Shown: piece after piece, positions 35,701-47,035 of the stretch
Position numbering within the stretch: position 1 is the stretch's first letter
Layout of the letters: the number at the start of each line of letters is the position of its first letter
DNA from: a virus
IMG/VR virus record: IMGVR_UViG_3300045988_087221
Length of the DNA stretch: 64,000 nt
Reading direction: 5' to 3' (one strand)
Notes under the pieces: model-generated
Told to the model about the DNA's origin: nothing
What the model saw: the letters and a program-made list of their open reading frames with translations, nothing else
Databases searched by the model: none
Position numbers and translations under genes: made by a program

Positions 35701-38700
35701 TATGGGGCTTATTTAGGAGTGGCTAATACTTCAGATAAATTAACTCCTGCGACTACTGTAAATATTTATATACCTAAATATGATAGTAGTAATACACTTA
35801 AGTATATTTAGATAAGAATGGATGATAATTCTACGTATTCTGCTATTACTGATAGAATTGACATATCAGAATCTGATAATTACTTAGTAACTAAGAAATC
35901 TTAGTTAGTTAATGATTCTACTGACTTTTATAAAAAAGGATATTAGTTTTCTGCATTTAGAGGGGATTGTTATATATGTCAATTTACTCATAGGGTAATA
36001 AGAAACTTTAATTCTCCTTCTGCTCCTTATAATGATGAAATTGTTGACGAGAATACTTGGAAAGATAACTATAATCCAGAAAAGACAGAGAGTTATGAGA
36101 ATATAAACTTGGGAGATGTTAATGCTGTTTAGTTAGGTATGTGGGTAACTTTTAGAATACGTTCATCTTACAATTTAAATATACGTACTTTAGACAGTTC
36201 TAATGTTGATGAAAAACAAATGACAGGACACTCTAGAGGTTATTTCCCATATACTCCTATGAGTGTAGAGGGCACATATAAAATTCCAGAATCTCATATT
36301 TATAATAAAGGATTTAGTAAATCCCTGAGTGATAGATGGAATAACTTATTGCCTGATGTTCCTTATATTAAGAATTGGTTTGGAACACGTATTATGTATT
36401 CTGATATTCATATTAACGATGCATATAAAAATGGTTATAGAGTATTTAGAAAGACTAATAGTGTTGATTATACTAGAGAATATGGAGAAATAACTAAGTT
36501 AATCTCGTTAAATTCCAATTTATTAATTATATTTGAACATGGAATTGCAGTTGCTCCAGTTAATTAGACAGCAGTTCAATAGGTATCAGGATAGCTTGTA
36601 ACTACTTCTAGAGTGCTTCCAGAGACTCCAACTGTTATTTCTGATATGTTTGGTAGTCAATGGACAGATAGTATTCTGAAGACTCCAGGAAAAAGAGGAA
36701 ATAATACTTAGTATGTATATGGTGTAGATACTGTAGCTAAGAAGATTTGGAAGACTGATGGAAACTCTCTAATCTGTATTTCAGACGTTAAAGTACAAGA
36801 ATTTCTAAATAATAATATTACTCTTGGAGAAAGAGAGATTACACCTACATTAGGGATTCGTAATGTAAAAACTTGTTATAATTCTTATAAAGGAGATGTA
36901 ATGTTTACTTTCTATGATAATACTACTGGTTTTTAGGAGAAAGTATGGAATTTGTGTTATAATGAATTATTAGATAAGTTTATTACATTCTACAGTTGGA
37001 TTCCTAGTTTTATGGAGAATATAAATAATATACCATTCTCATTTAATAGAGACACTTCTAAGTGGATAGCTAAATTAGGTACGAGTCATTCTACAAGTTC
37101 TTTTGCAGATGGTATTACCTTAACTAATGTAGTATTTGATCCTACTTTAGATAACGAAGTTGTTTAGAATATATCAGTACCTATTAATTATTTAACTAAG
37201 AATGGAACTTATAAAACTACCTATGGAACTGTAATGACAACAAGTTATTTTATAGGTATATTACAATTATCTAATAGAGTAATTCCTAATTACAATGTTC
37301 CATATGATATTAGTTATGAATTATGTAGAGATATTTATGGTAATTATAAAAATTTTACTCTAAAGAAGTTAAAATTCTATGATAAAGATAACCATGAATA
37401 GGATACTTTCCCTTTAAGTAATGTAAAAGATGCCTTATTCCCAACTCACGATGTTTCAGTATATGGCTTATATATAAATCCTAAATCACCATTGTATACA
37501 AGAGATTTAATGGATAATACTGGAGTTAAGAGGGTATACTTAACTACTAAAGATGAAGAACATAATAAAATAAGTAGTGTATTTATACATAAAGACATGA
37601 GATCCATGCTACTTTCTGAACTTTATTATAGAAATAAAAAGAACCATGCTTATGCTGATACAGATGTAAATAAATGGGAGCCTAATACTAAAGAAAGTAT
37701 AGACATTATAGAGTAGCAACTAACTGCGGATACTATATAGGGAGTAACTTCTGATAATTATTTAGAAAAGTTTAAAGAAACAAAGGCATATGAGGTTATC
37801 AACGATTTATATAACTAGTATGGTAAGTTATCAGCTTAGATAGAAGTATCTAATGATGTTTAGTTATCTAAATCTACTAATATTATGTCTATGTATTTCA
37901 AATGGAAGGAATTAGTTACTTACTCTGATAACATGTTTAAGTACAATGATAGTCCTATATAGGCTTATATAGTTCATGCACAAACTGTTACTTATTCAGA
38001 GTTAATTCATATTAATGCTCCTATATTCAAGAATCTACAAGGTAAAAGAGAAATGTTACCTAAAGATAAATAGATAAATCCTGATACTATAGTTAAACTA
38101 TTAAATATCAAAGCTACTATAAATGCTACTATACCTAATACTGATCAATCACTAGAAGATTATTATTATAATAAGACAGCTAGTTATAATGTAGCTACTT
38201 ATGAATCTACTGTTGCAGTTATCCCTAAATGGAATATGTAGTTTTTAAGTACAGATTTCTGGAAACATGGTTAGGCAGGTTCATTTGATATAGCAGATGA
38301 CATATATCCATGTTATTGGTATGGTAAATAGCATCAATTTGAATTCGAATTTATTGTAGTTAATGATCCTAGTGTCCATAAGATATTTACTAATTTGGAA
38401 TTAATAGCTAATAAAGCAAAACCTGAATCTTTTCATTATGAAGTAATAGGAGAGGCTTATGATTTTGCAAAAGATAAACCAAATATGTATTTTAGACAAG
38501 AGGCTATGAAAGCTCTTTGGCAATATAATGGCTGTGATATTGAGTATAATAGCGACTTCCTGAAGATTTAGACTAGACAATAGAATAAGTCGGCAGATTT
38601 ACCACATAATTATTTTGCAAGAGCTAAGCACATTAATGAAGTAGAGGATAGTTATATAATGGCTTAGGTTGGAAAACACGATTATAGACACTTATCTGGA

Positions 38701-39339
38701 GGCGAAATTGTATATTATCCAAATAGATAGGAGTTCAGAGTTTGGAATCACGTTCCTGCTATTGATGTTGATGACTAGACTGATACTTCAGCTTCTTCCT
38801 TTGGAGGAAGAGGTTTAATGGCTTCTAATATGCGTTATCTTGAGGATAGATGGAAAGTACAGATAAATCCTTTATTAATTACCTATAAAAATGAGTATGA
38901 AAGAAGGGATTCTACTAAGGCTTTATGTGCCCCAGAAAATTCTACTTGGAAAAATGGAGCAGGTACTAGAGCAGGAGATAAACTACCTCCATTACCTTTA
39001 TATAATTCACCTATTCCAGATGCAGTAAAAGAAAGAGGCGAAATAGCCATTCCAGGATATTCATCTTCTGTATTGACTGGATATTCAGAAACTACTGAAG
39101 GTAGAGATAATGCAATGTATAATTTATATAAGGTAGATTTTGAGAATGGAATACATCCATTTGATACATCCTCTTGGTTAGATGATGTGAATATTTATAA
39201 GTATAATTTTGGAAATGCTCAAAATAGAAAGGAAACTGATATGAGAGATAAATTTATAAAAATTAGAATTAGATATTCAGGTAAAGAACTAGCAATAATT
39301 GATTTTATAAATACTATATATCAAGTTAGCTATGCATAA
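32782..39339 (+). CDS. Giant tail structural protein (2185 aa) with an internal Gly/Ala-rich hydrophobic segment, positional analogue of the crAss-like tail stabilisation protein
   Basis: The start overlaps the previous stop (TAATG). Track ORFs 34018, 35389, 36139, 36952, 37492 and 38818 share its frame. The ORF ends at TAA 39337-39339. Confidence 0.85.
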
Positions 39340-40927
39340 AAAAATAAGACTAATATAGAAAGGTTAGGCAGGATTTCAGTTTACATAGTAGGGATTAGTT
39401 GGAGGATTAGTCCCTACTACAGCTGGTTCTGTATTAGATTAGAATACTATAAATGCTATCAATTAGCAATAGACTAATATATGGAAAGCACAACAAGATG
39501 AGTAGGCTAGAATAAGATAGTAGCAAATAAGTTAGGGTTATTAGACAGCTTCTAATGCTTTAAATCCCATCTCTTAGGGATTAACTAACTTCGGTATAAT
39601 GTCAGGTAATTATACTATGGCTAATCTAGGTTAGTTAGGAGGCTCTCTTAGTAGTGGTCTTTAGTTAATGTCTAATTGGAAAAGTTTATCTAATTAGGAT
39701 AAGACAGCAGGAGTAGCTGGAATTGGGGGTCAAGCAATAGATACTTTAGATAATATGTTCTTTGCTAAACAACATGCTAAAGACTCGGGTTTAACTAAAG
39801 GATTAAATAATGCTTATGATTCTATATCTAATGCTGCAATGATGTTTTCTCCTGTTGGAACTATTATTGGTGGCGCTATGAAAGCTGGAAAATTTATAGG
39901 AGATGGATTATCTGCATTAGGAATAGGAACTGATTAGATGACTACTACCGATAAAATATTAGATAGTAGCTTTATGAAACTTACTCCTGCAGGATTAATC
40001 AATGGTATAGGTGCAAAAAGAGCTAAATAGTTCTCTGCCAATAATGACACTATTGAAAAAGTTGGAGGAGACTATGCAGATTCTGTAAATACCATAGAAG
40101 ATGCAGTCTCTAAAGTAGGTAAGAAATATGGCTTATTTAGTAATGGTGCCAGGAAACGAGCTAATAGGCTTATTGATACAGCCAAAACTCAATAGAATAT
40201 TATGACTAATATATCTAATGCCTATCAAGATTAGTTAGCCAACAAATCATATTTAGCTTACACTAGATATGGACAGGATATTAATGGTGGATTATAGCAA
40301 TAGTATTTAAGAGCTGCTAAGCATGGTGCTATTCTATAGAGAATTAATCTAAGAAAACATAGAAGAGGTGGCTAGCTTAAAGATAAAATAGATATAGAAG
40401 TTAAATAGGAACAGTGGCAACCCATAATTAATCTTGAATACCCAGAAGTATCTAAATTAAAAGAAGGAGGCTAGTTAGAAGAACCTAAAGAATGGACTCC
40501 TGTAATTAGTTTAGATATATAGAAGTTAGAAGAGGGTGGTAAAACTGATAAACCTAAACAAGAACCTGAGAAGGTTGAGGAAACTAATTAGAAAAATGTT
40601 ATTCCTGAGGGTGCTTTACATGCCCATAAGCATCATATGGAAAATGCAGAAGATTTAACTAAGAAAGGTATACCAGTAGTTGATAATAAGGGTGAACAAC
40701 AAGCTGAGATAGAACGTAACGAAATTATTTTCTCTTTAGAAGTAACTAAGTAGTTAGAAGATTTGCATAAAAGATATTAGGGATATACTAATACTTAGAA
40801 AGAGAAAGATGAATTAGCTATTGAAGCCGGAAAGTTACTTGTTTATGAGATTCTACATAATACAGAAGACAGAACTGGTTTAATTAAAGAATGTAAGAAA
40901 GGAGGTACGCTAGATGGGAATAAGTGA
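39332..40927 (+). CDS. Virion/ejection-module protein (531 aa)
   Basis: ATG 39332 overlaps the previous gene. The ORF is in the frame of track ORF 39755, is very TAG-rich and ends at TGA 40925-40927. It contains Gly-rich hydrophobic stretches and a His cluster (ALHAHKHHME). Confidence 0.7.
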
Positions 40928-41576
40928 TTTATTTGTATCCTATAATTAGGTATAGGCTCCTTCTTACTTAGAGTCTCCTTAGATAGAATATACTCCAATA
41001 GGAGAAGAATTAACTAATTAGGAAAATTTAGATAGAATTTAGTCTAGAAATTAGAAAAAAGAAGGATTTGCAGGATGGAATCCTCTAGAACAAAATACTT
41101 CAGAAGACAATTCAATAAATACTTCTCATACTCCTGCAAAGGGTTCTAAGTCCTTCAATTTAGCTATGACTTCTTATTTAGCTAAACATCCTGAAGATGC
41201 TAAATATAGATAGACACTTACAGAAATAGCTGCAAAAGAATCTAATTTTAATCCTACTGTTAAAAATGCTAAGTCCTCCGCTAGTGGATATTTCTAGTTT
41301 ATAAATAGTACAAGAAAGCAATATGCACCGCATTTAACTAAAGAACAATTTTTAAATAATCCAGAGGAATAGATTTCTGCTGCAGTTAAATTACTTAAAG
41401 CTAATAGAAATATATCTAGTAAATTCGCTAATTTAAGAGGACTTAGTTAGTTACAAGTTGATTATGGAATGTGGTTTAGTCCAGCAGCTTTAAGTCAATA
41501 TCTTAAAACTGGTAAATCCAATTTTAAAGACCCACAAGGAACTAGTTTAATGACAGTACTAAATAAAATGGCTTAA
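40914..41576 (+). CDS. Lytic transglycosylase (SLT domain) protein (220 aa)
   Basis: The sequence IAAKESNFNPTVKNAKSSASGYFQFINST matches the SLT E-S...G-(L/Y)-(M/F)-Q pattern. The catalytic GAA is at 41238-41240, and the motif Q is the TAG at 41295-41297. The ORF ends at TAA 41574-41576. Confidence 0.8.
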
Positions 41577-42199
41577 TGGATAAGAAAAGAATAATTATAG
41601 GAGACAAACAATATACTGTAGAAATAGCTAAAACTGAAGAAGATAGAAAGAAGGGGCTTCAAGATAGAGAATAGTTAGCACCTGATGAAGGAATGTTATT
41701 TATCTGGTCTGAATAGTAGCCAGTTATAGAAATGTGGATGAAAAATACTAAGATTCCACTTGACTAGATAGCTATTAATAATGATGATGAAGTAACTGCA
41801 GTATATAAAGCTTAGCCCGAAGATGAAACGCTACACCCATTTCCTAATGCTAAGTATATACTTGAAGTAAACTAGAATTCAGGTATAGAAGAAGGAGATG
41901 ATTTTGAGTTTGATGAATCTGATGACCCTAATAAATATGTAATGAAGGTACTTGCTCCTGATGGTTCGACTCAGATGGATCTATAGGGTGGAGAACGCAT
42001 ATTTAGTAGAATTTCTACAAAATAGATGATTACTTGGGCTAAGAAAGCAGAAGCTAATAAAGATAATAAGGAGTTATTTAACAAATACTGTAAGAGACTT
42101 GGTAAGAGAATGTTTAAAGAATTATATGCTCAAGACCACAGAGAACCAGAATATGTAGATGCTCCTGAATCTAAGAAAGATTAGAACGATAAAAAATAA
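41576..42199 (+). CDS. DUF192-domain protein with a charged C-terminal extension (207 aa)
   Basis: The sequence KKGLQDREQLAPDEGMLFIW...MWMKNTKIPLDQIAI...YILEVNQNSG matches the DUF192 pattern. The ORF ends at TAA 42197-42199. Confidence 0.75.
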
Positions 42200-42313
42200 A
42201 TAATTACATAAGTCATCAAAATTATTTGTATTTTAGATAATTGATATGTACTATTGAAATACATAATATTATTAGATAATTAACTAGTTAATTAACAAAT
42301 TAAATTTAAACAC
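42200..42313. promoter_or_regulatory. AT-rich intergenic region with a direct repeat and a palindrome, candidate promoter/operator
   Basis: TTAGATAATT occurs at 42233-42242 and 42272-42281. The 12-bp palindrome TTAACTAGTTAA is at 42280-42291. At 114 bp this is the longest non-coding gap in the late block. Confidence 0.3.
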
Positions 42314-42601
42314 ATGCAATTTATTAAGAAGTTTCAAGAAGGTGGAGCTGCTCCAGCACCAGAGGCTGCTGCTCCACAGTAGGGTGGTGAAGACCCAACA
42401 GCTATGTTGATGCAAGGTGCTCAGCAAGCAGTACAAAATCAAGATTGTCAAATCGCTATTCAGGTATGTCAAATGGTACTCGAAATGCTCGGCGGAGGTG
42501 GTGCCCCAGCAGAAGCAGGTGGACCTGAAGCAGGTGGTGCTCCACAATCAGAACCTGTTTATCGTAGAGGTGGACGTCTTGTAAGAAGAATTTAGAAGTA
42601 A
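42314..42601 (+). CDS. Small Gly/Ala/Pro/Gln-rich protein (95 aa), locally GC-rich
   Basis: ATG 42314 is in the frame of track ORF 42404. The ORF has 2 TAG and ends at TAA 42599-42601. Translation: MQFIKKFQEGGAAPAPEAAAPQQGGEDP...YRRGGRLVRRIQK. Confidence 0.7.
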
Positions 42602-42614
42602 TCAATTTTAAACG

Positions 42615-42659
42615 TAGGGATATATCTAGATACTCATTTAGGTATATCCCTAATTTTAT
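42615..42659 (+). terminator. Intrinsic terminator-like hairpin
   Basis: A perfect 10-bp stem pairs TAGGGATATA (42615-42624) with TATATCCCTA (42643-42652). It is followed by ATTTTAT, a weak U-tract. Confidence 0.65.
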
Positions 42660-42662
42660 AAT

Positions 42663-45600
42663 ATGGCAGAATAGACTAAAAAATCGAAATATAATTTTGG
42701 AGGTCATGAATTAGATGCTAAATTATATCTCTAGAATATAAGAGATAACGCAGAAACATTTCTTAATTCTAAAACAGATTGGACTCCAGAACAAAAAGAA
42801 GAATGGAAGCATGCGTACACTAATTTTACTAATGCTTTATAGGAAGATATTAATAATGGAGGCGGAAGATTCAGTACTGATGAATTTGGGACTATAACAG
42901 ACACTAAGGGAGAATTTTCTAATACAGATTCTGATAATTACTATTATAATAATAAGGGTTAGCAAATTAGTTAGGAAGATTATGATGCTTTAAAAAAGAG
43001 AAAGCAAGGTAAGTATTAGTCTTTTGAAGCTAATAGACAATTTGCCTCTTATGCTAGTTAGATAGGTAAAGGGCTGAGAGAAGCTTTAGCTGCTAAAAAT
43101 AAAACTTCTGATGATACAAATGGATTTGACTATGCTAAGAACGGATTTGATGCTTATTGGTAGAAGAAATACAATCCAGCAGGAACAGCTAATGACCTTC
43201 AACCTTATTGGAATAAAGACAAAGAAGGAGAATACACTAATAGAGTAGCTGAAACTATGGCAGACTTAGATGATTATATGTCTAAGTAGGAAATGAATGA
43301 TGATGTTAAAGCTGCTTATACTAATTATAGAAATATTCTAGGACAATATAATCCAAGTGATAAGAATTTTAATTTAGATACTTGGAAGAACAATATGATA
43401 CTTGCTGCAAGTAGAGCAGGTATTAGTGGATGGAATAATGGATACTTTAATATCGGCTCTCAAAGTACTACACCTACAGAGGATAAAAAGTCTGAGGCTT
43501 TTGATATAAATAATGATTAGGCGGTTATTGATAAATATAAATTAGCAGACTAGATTGCTGCACATCCTGAGTAGAGAGAGCATCTTCTTGATTTAGCTAG
43601 AAGACAATATAATCAGGAATCTTAGAATATAACTGATGAGTACAATGCAGCTATTAAATAGGAATAGGAAATTGCTAATAATAAGATATGGCAGTAGTAT
43701 TTAGCTAATGAAGGTAAAAGTTATGCTAATGTAAGTAAAAGAAACTTTGGTACTGAAGTCTTTGGTAATGGTTGGCAAAACGGAAATACTGATTTTGAGT
43801 ATACTAGTAGAACTAGTCAAGAGGCAATGAGACGTTTATAGAATGCTTTTAAAACTGGAAATAGAAAAGGAGATTTTCTTAGAACAGCTATTAATATGAC
43901 AGTTAATGGAGGTAAATAGAAGATTTCTAATCTAGGTGAAGCACTTGCTTATTATAAACCATTACTCGATAAAACACAAGGTGGTTGGGATTAGTTTGAA
44001 AAAGTATAGGATGCTGCAGGTAATGAAATATATAAATTAAAAGGTTCTGAAAATGCAAAAGGGCAACCCCTTTATATATGGTTCAAAAATGGAAAAGCAC
44101 ATGCTTATAGAGACGATCCATATTCTGTAAGAAAGGCTTAGATTATCTCAAGAGCTTAGTTAGGTATGAAATTACAAACTAGAGCTGAAAAAGAGGCTGC
44201 AAAAGAAAAAGAAAATAAAAAAACTCTTAGTAATCCAAATACGCCAGAAGATAAAAAGAGACAAATAGCAAGTTAGAGAAGACCCGGAGATACTGAGTTT
44301 ACTGCCACTGATATAGCTAGAATATCTGCAGCTGGAATGGATGTAGCTTCTGCTTTATCAGCGTTTGTCCCAGTGTACGGTACTGCTATAAGTGCAGGCA
44401 CAGGTTTAATTTCTTCTTTAACTAATTTTGGTGCAGATATGTCTGATAAGTCTGTATCAGCAGGAGATATGTGGAAAAATCTTGGGACTAATATTGCTAT
44501 GGATGCCGTAGGATTGGTTCCAGGTTTTGGAGCCTCTGGAAAAGCAGGTAAAATAACTAAAACTTTAATTAAATATGTACCTAAGATAGTAACTGCCCTA
44601 TCTGTGGCTAATGCTTTATCTCCTGAATCTAGAGCATCTTGGGCTAAATTAGCTAGTAAAGAATCTCTCACAGTTAAAGATTGGCAAAATATTGCAGCGG
44701 GTTGTTCAGCTTTAGCAGGAGTTTCTAGAGGTGCAGTTGGACATTTTAATGCCCACACGATGGCTAAAGGTACTAAAACTAAGGATTTTAATATAACTGC
44801 TTCTGATGGCAAATAGTATAAGGTAACTGCAGAATAGTTAGAAACTTTAAAGAAACAAAAGTCATTAGAAGATGTAAATAAAGAATTTAAGAAGTTACAT
44901 CCTGATGCTGAATTAAGTAGTTTCTTTAGAAATGGTAAATGGTAGTAGTTAAGACATTTACACTTTAATAATCCTCAAGTTAAATCAGTTTATGATTTTA
45001 GTCGATTAAATAACTAGGGAACATTTAGTAACTCTAATATATGGAGAGTAGCTAGAGAAAATAACTTACATGGTATTAGTTTAGATGTAAAAAATCCATA
45101 TAGAAATTCATTACTTAAACAACCTACAGAATCTTCAACTAAACAGAAAATCTAGAGATTAGTCAATTCTCCTCTTAGAATAGGATTTGATAATGCACCT
45201 ATTGGTTAGTCATATATACCCCCAACTCCAAAATATGGACCTAAAACACAAGGTTAGACTTGGAGAGATTTATTTTAGAAACATGGATTCTATTTTAAAG
45301 AAGGTGGTTCGATTTAGAAATTAGCTAATGGTAATAATATAAATGGTAATCCTGCTAAATAGAATAGTGTAGGATATGCTAATGATTATAATTGGAATAC
45401 TGATGTGTTTTCCAAAAATTTAGACCATATACTTGGTAGTCTTAAATAGTATAAAGATGGTTATGCTAATTGGTTAAATACTATGTAGGACTTACATTAT
45501 AATGATTATACTAATGCTTCTAAATAGGATTATTTAAATACTAATGCATATAATAATGCAACTGTTGGTTAGTATTAGGATAAGTATAAAGCGGGATATG

Positions 45601-47033
45601 AAGACGAATGGAATGTAAGTCCTGAAGGAAATGATCCTGATGGTTTAGGATACAATACTCTTGGAATTAAATCAGCCCAAGATTCTGGAAAATTTGGTAT
45701 AGTGTCTGGAAAGGCTAATTCAGGTGATTGGTTAGGTAATGGTAATATGTATAAAACTGATAATTCATTTGGAGGAATTACTGATGCTAGAAGACTTTTG
45801 GGTCGTGAGGGTGATTTTAATGATGAATAGCTAAAACAATACTAGCAAAAATTCAAAGAATAGGGATATGATTTTTATTTAGACCCAAATACTAAATATT
45901 ATAAATTAAAACCTTACACTGACCCTTCAAAGACGACTGTAGCAGACTAGGATAAACCTAAATAGCCTAATAACTTTAGTTTAAAAGATGTTATAAATAA
46001 GATTGATGTTACTGATAAATGGGGTATTCCTAGAGCTATGTATGCTGACATAACTAATAGAAAAGTTACAGATATGTTAAAGAAGTAGCCTATATTATAT
46101 GACCCACAAGAAGACCATCGTTATATTTAGTCTGATTTAGATGCAGAAATGAATGGTCAATAGGCTGCAGCTTAGTTAACTAGAACAGCCAGTCATCCTA
46201 TTACATCTGATGGAAATTTACAATCTATGCTTTAGTTAGAGGCAACTTCTAAAGGTAATGACGCTATTACTGCAGGACGTCAATAGAGTAATTAGAGGTT
46301 AAGAGAAATGTAGGAATAGGCTTGGTAGCAGGAAGTGACTAATCACACAAGTAGACATGATGTTGCTATGAAGAATAGAGAATCTCTCTATAATACTGCT
46401 AACGAAAATAAAGCCTTAGAAGCAGCATACCTCAATTAGAAATTTACTGTATGGGATGCTTTGGCTTAGGAGAAGGAATTTAAGGATAAATCTGATTACG
46501 AGCAAATGAGAGCAAGAGCAGATTAGTTTGCACAAGGAGATATAAATAATGCTATTAAATATGGTCTTTCTAATTATGCAGATAAATATGGTTTAACTCC
46601 TGAAGATGTTTCTTTATGGAATAAGGTATATACTGATGGTACAGTTAAATTGAGCGATATTTAGAAAGATCCAGTTAAATTAAGATAGTGGAATAAGGTA
46701 TTATCAGCTACTAGACAAATTTAGCAAGATTTATTAGGAGAATATTATGGTATCCCTAAATCTAAGTATTGGACTATCAGACAATCTACCCCTTCATATA
46801 GTTACAGTACTGAAGTTAAGAAAGCTAAAAAAGGTGCTAAGCTAAATTTACGTAAAGTAAGAGAAGCAGCAAAAGGAGAAAAACTTGCAGCAGCATAGCT
46901 AAAAGCTTAGACTGCAGATGCTGATAGATTCTATAAAACTACTAAAGACCATATAGATAGAATGTATGATGCTATAAATAGACTAACTAATTATAGTAGT
47001 ACTAAGAGAAAACGTAAAAAGAAATCTAATTAA
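42663..47033 (+). CDS. Giant virion cargo/ejection-like protein (1456 aa) with an internal Ala/Gly-rich hydrophobic region
   Basis: ATG 42663. Track ORFs 43293 and 44337 share its frame, and I checked the rest codon by codon as open apart from TAG. The ORF ends at TAA 47031-47033. Confidence 0.85.
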
Positions 47034-47035
47034 AT

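Noticed and set aside
42233-42265. A weak AT-only hairpin TATGTA...TACATA in the spacer before gene 42314, considered as a terminator for the DUF192 gene.
   Set aside because: The stem is only 6 bp and all A/T, with no U-tract, so its stability would be negligible. It is kept only as part of the candidate regulatory region.
44273-44812. Long minus-strand track ORFs: 44273-44812 (179 aa), 47842-48177, 34800-35012, 24020-24349, 21751-22038, 22060-22362, 25042-25359, 3269-3682, 2538-2807 and 12222-12446.
   Set aside because: Each lies entirely antisense to a long + strand gene that is continuous when TAG is read as sense. Their translations are low-complexity or Ile/Leu/Ser/Cys-rich. The longest ones coincide with GC-rich Ala/Gly-coding stretches on the + strand, which naturally lack antisense stops.
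45296-45320. GGTTCGATT looked like a tRNA T-arm; I also checked the intergenic gaps (13129-13187, 14737-14827, 17651-17708, 22549-22644, 42200-42313) for a suppressor tRNA.
   Set aside because: The GGTTCGATT lies inside the coding frame of gene 42663, and I could not build acceptor or anticodon stems around it. None of the gaps is long or structured enough for a tRNA. A suppressor tRNA, if present, must lie outside this window.
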